In this document: in pieces, positions 63,160 to 64,000 of the stretch
Position numbering within the stretch: position 1 is the first letter of the stretch
Layout of the letters: each line of letters starts with the position of its first letter
Made by a program: the position numbers and the translations under genes
Assembly: GCA_002633005.1 (NCBI GenBank)
Contig: NMRA01000092.1
Coordinates: 417,738 to 481,737, forward strand
Direction: 5' to 3'
Length of the DNA: 64,000 nucleotides
DNA from: Phoronis australis
Taxonomy: Eukaryota > Animalia > Phoronida
The notes under the pieces: model-generated
Databases searched by the model: none
What the model was told of the DNA's origin: nothing
The model's input: only the letters and a program-made list of their open reading frames with translations

Positions 63160-63730
63160 TCCCCTACCGCGATTCCTCCGTATTTTATTGTCGAATTTTG
63201 GGTCGCACTATTTCCCGATTGACACCGCCATGTTAGCTCAACTCAAGATTACAGCGACACCTGTTGTTAATGAATGAAACAGCATCATTGATTCTGAATG
63301 GTATTTGCCCGCCGCGAGATTCGCGCTAGTTTTCCCGACATAATATGGAGTTTTCACCTTTTCCAGTTTTTATTTATAATTGTGACCATTTGACCATTTT
63401 TCCACGAAAATTGTTTGAAGTGAAACCCTGTTCACCAATTGGGACCTCAAAAACAACTTCCGCTTTTTCGCGGATTCTTGCTAGAAGATGCGTACAAGGG
63501 TCACCATAGGATCGAATTCGAACCCTTGGGACCGTAACTCAAGCAGGAGATAGACGGGTTTCAGTCAATTTGAACTTATGAAAAGCGACAATCTGCAGAA
63601 GTCGGTAGATTAGTTCAGTTTTTGAACGCCAGGTGACTCCTTCCATTCAACATGGCGGTGTTACTACCGAGTACCGGGAAATAGTCCGAGCAGAAATTTC
63701 ACGATAAACAAGAGCAACGCGGAGCGTTGA
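63160..63730. promoter_or_regulatory. YKT6 promoter and non-coding first exon; likely bidirectional
   Basis: CpG-rich. YY1-like AACATGGCG motifs face outward near 63231 (-) and 63652 (+); ETS-like ACTTCCG near 63457; candidate donor GCG|gtaggg at 63167. Confidence 0.6.
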
Positions 63731-64000
63731 AATGCGCCCACAATTGCACCGCATACGGTATCCTTCTAGGGTTGTTTATTGGTACCATAAAGTGGCCAGT
63801 AGAGGGCATACTTTGCAAAATGGAAAGGCATGGTCATTGTCTCCTCAATAGGCTAGGGGCAAAATGTGAGTAATCTTCATAATACAAGCACATCCTATAC
63901 ACCAGTTGCTTAAAGCACCACAGAAACATAGAATTAAAAACAAATTTACCAACATACGAGATTAGCACAGCATTAGAATGCCAGAAACAAATTTCTACTT

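Noticed and set aside
1-64000. Prokaryotic operon or defence-system interpretation of the many 60-120 aa ORFs
   Set aside because: Coding density is very low and the real genes are spliced; short ORFs with TTG/GTG starts are expected by chance.

Overview
AT-rich, intron-rich animal genomic DNA, not prokaryotic. The gene and transposon content suggests a marine invertebrate, possibly a deuterostome (inference). I rebuilt three spliced genes by hand from GT-AG sites and phase continuity. (1) PYROXD2, - strand: 10 coding exons from 13930 to 452, continuing past the window start. (2) A FAM53-family gene, + strand: 4 coding exons, 46548-50315, about 416 aa. (3) The R-SNARE YKT6, - strand: 8 coding exons, 62612-55129, 198 aa, ending in CCVIL. 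The remainder is dense in non-autonomous transposons. The main ones are a decayed 3.9-kb two-gene ISL2EU-type element (THAP plus SWIM/YqaJ, TIRs, AT TSD), a 2.1-kb element with a 5-bp TSD, Kolobok- and Harbinger-type MITEs, tRNA-derived SINEs, and a Helentron/HINE-like repeat carrying co-oriented CTCF-like motifs. Notable oddities are tandemly amplified splice sites in PYROXD2 and a mirror-image promoter/uORF pair upstream of YKT6. Most entries in the ORF track are spurious. All homology calls come from recalled family motifs, not database searches.
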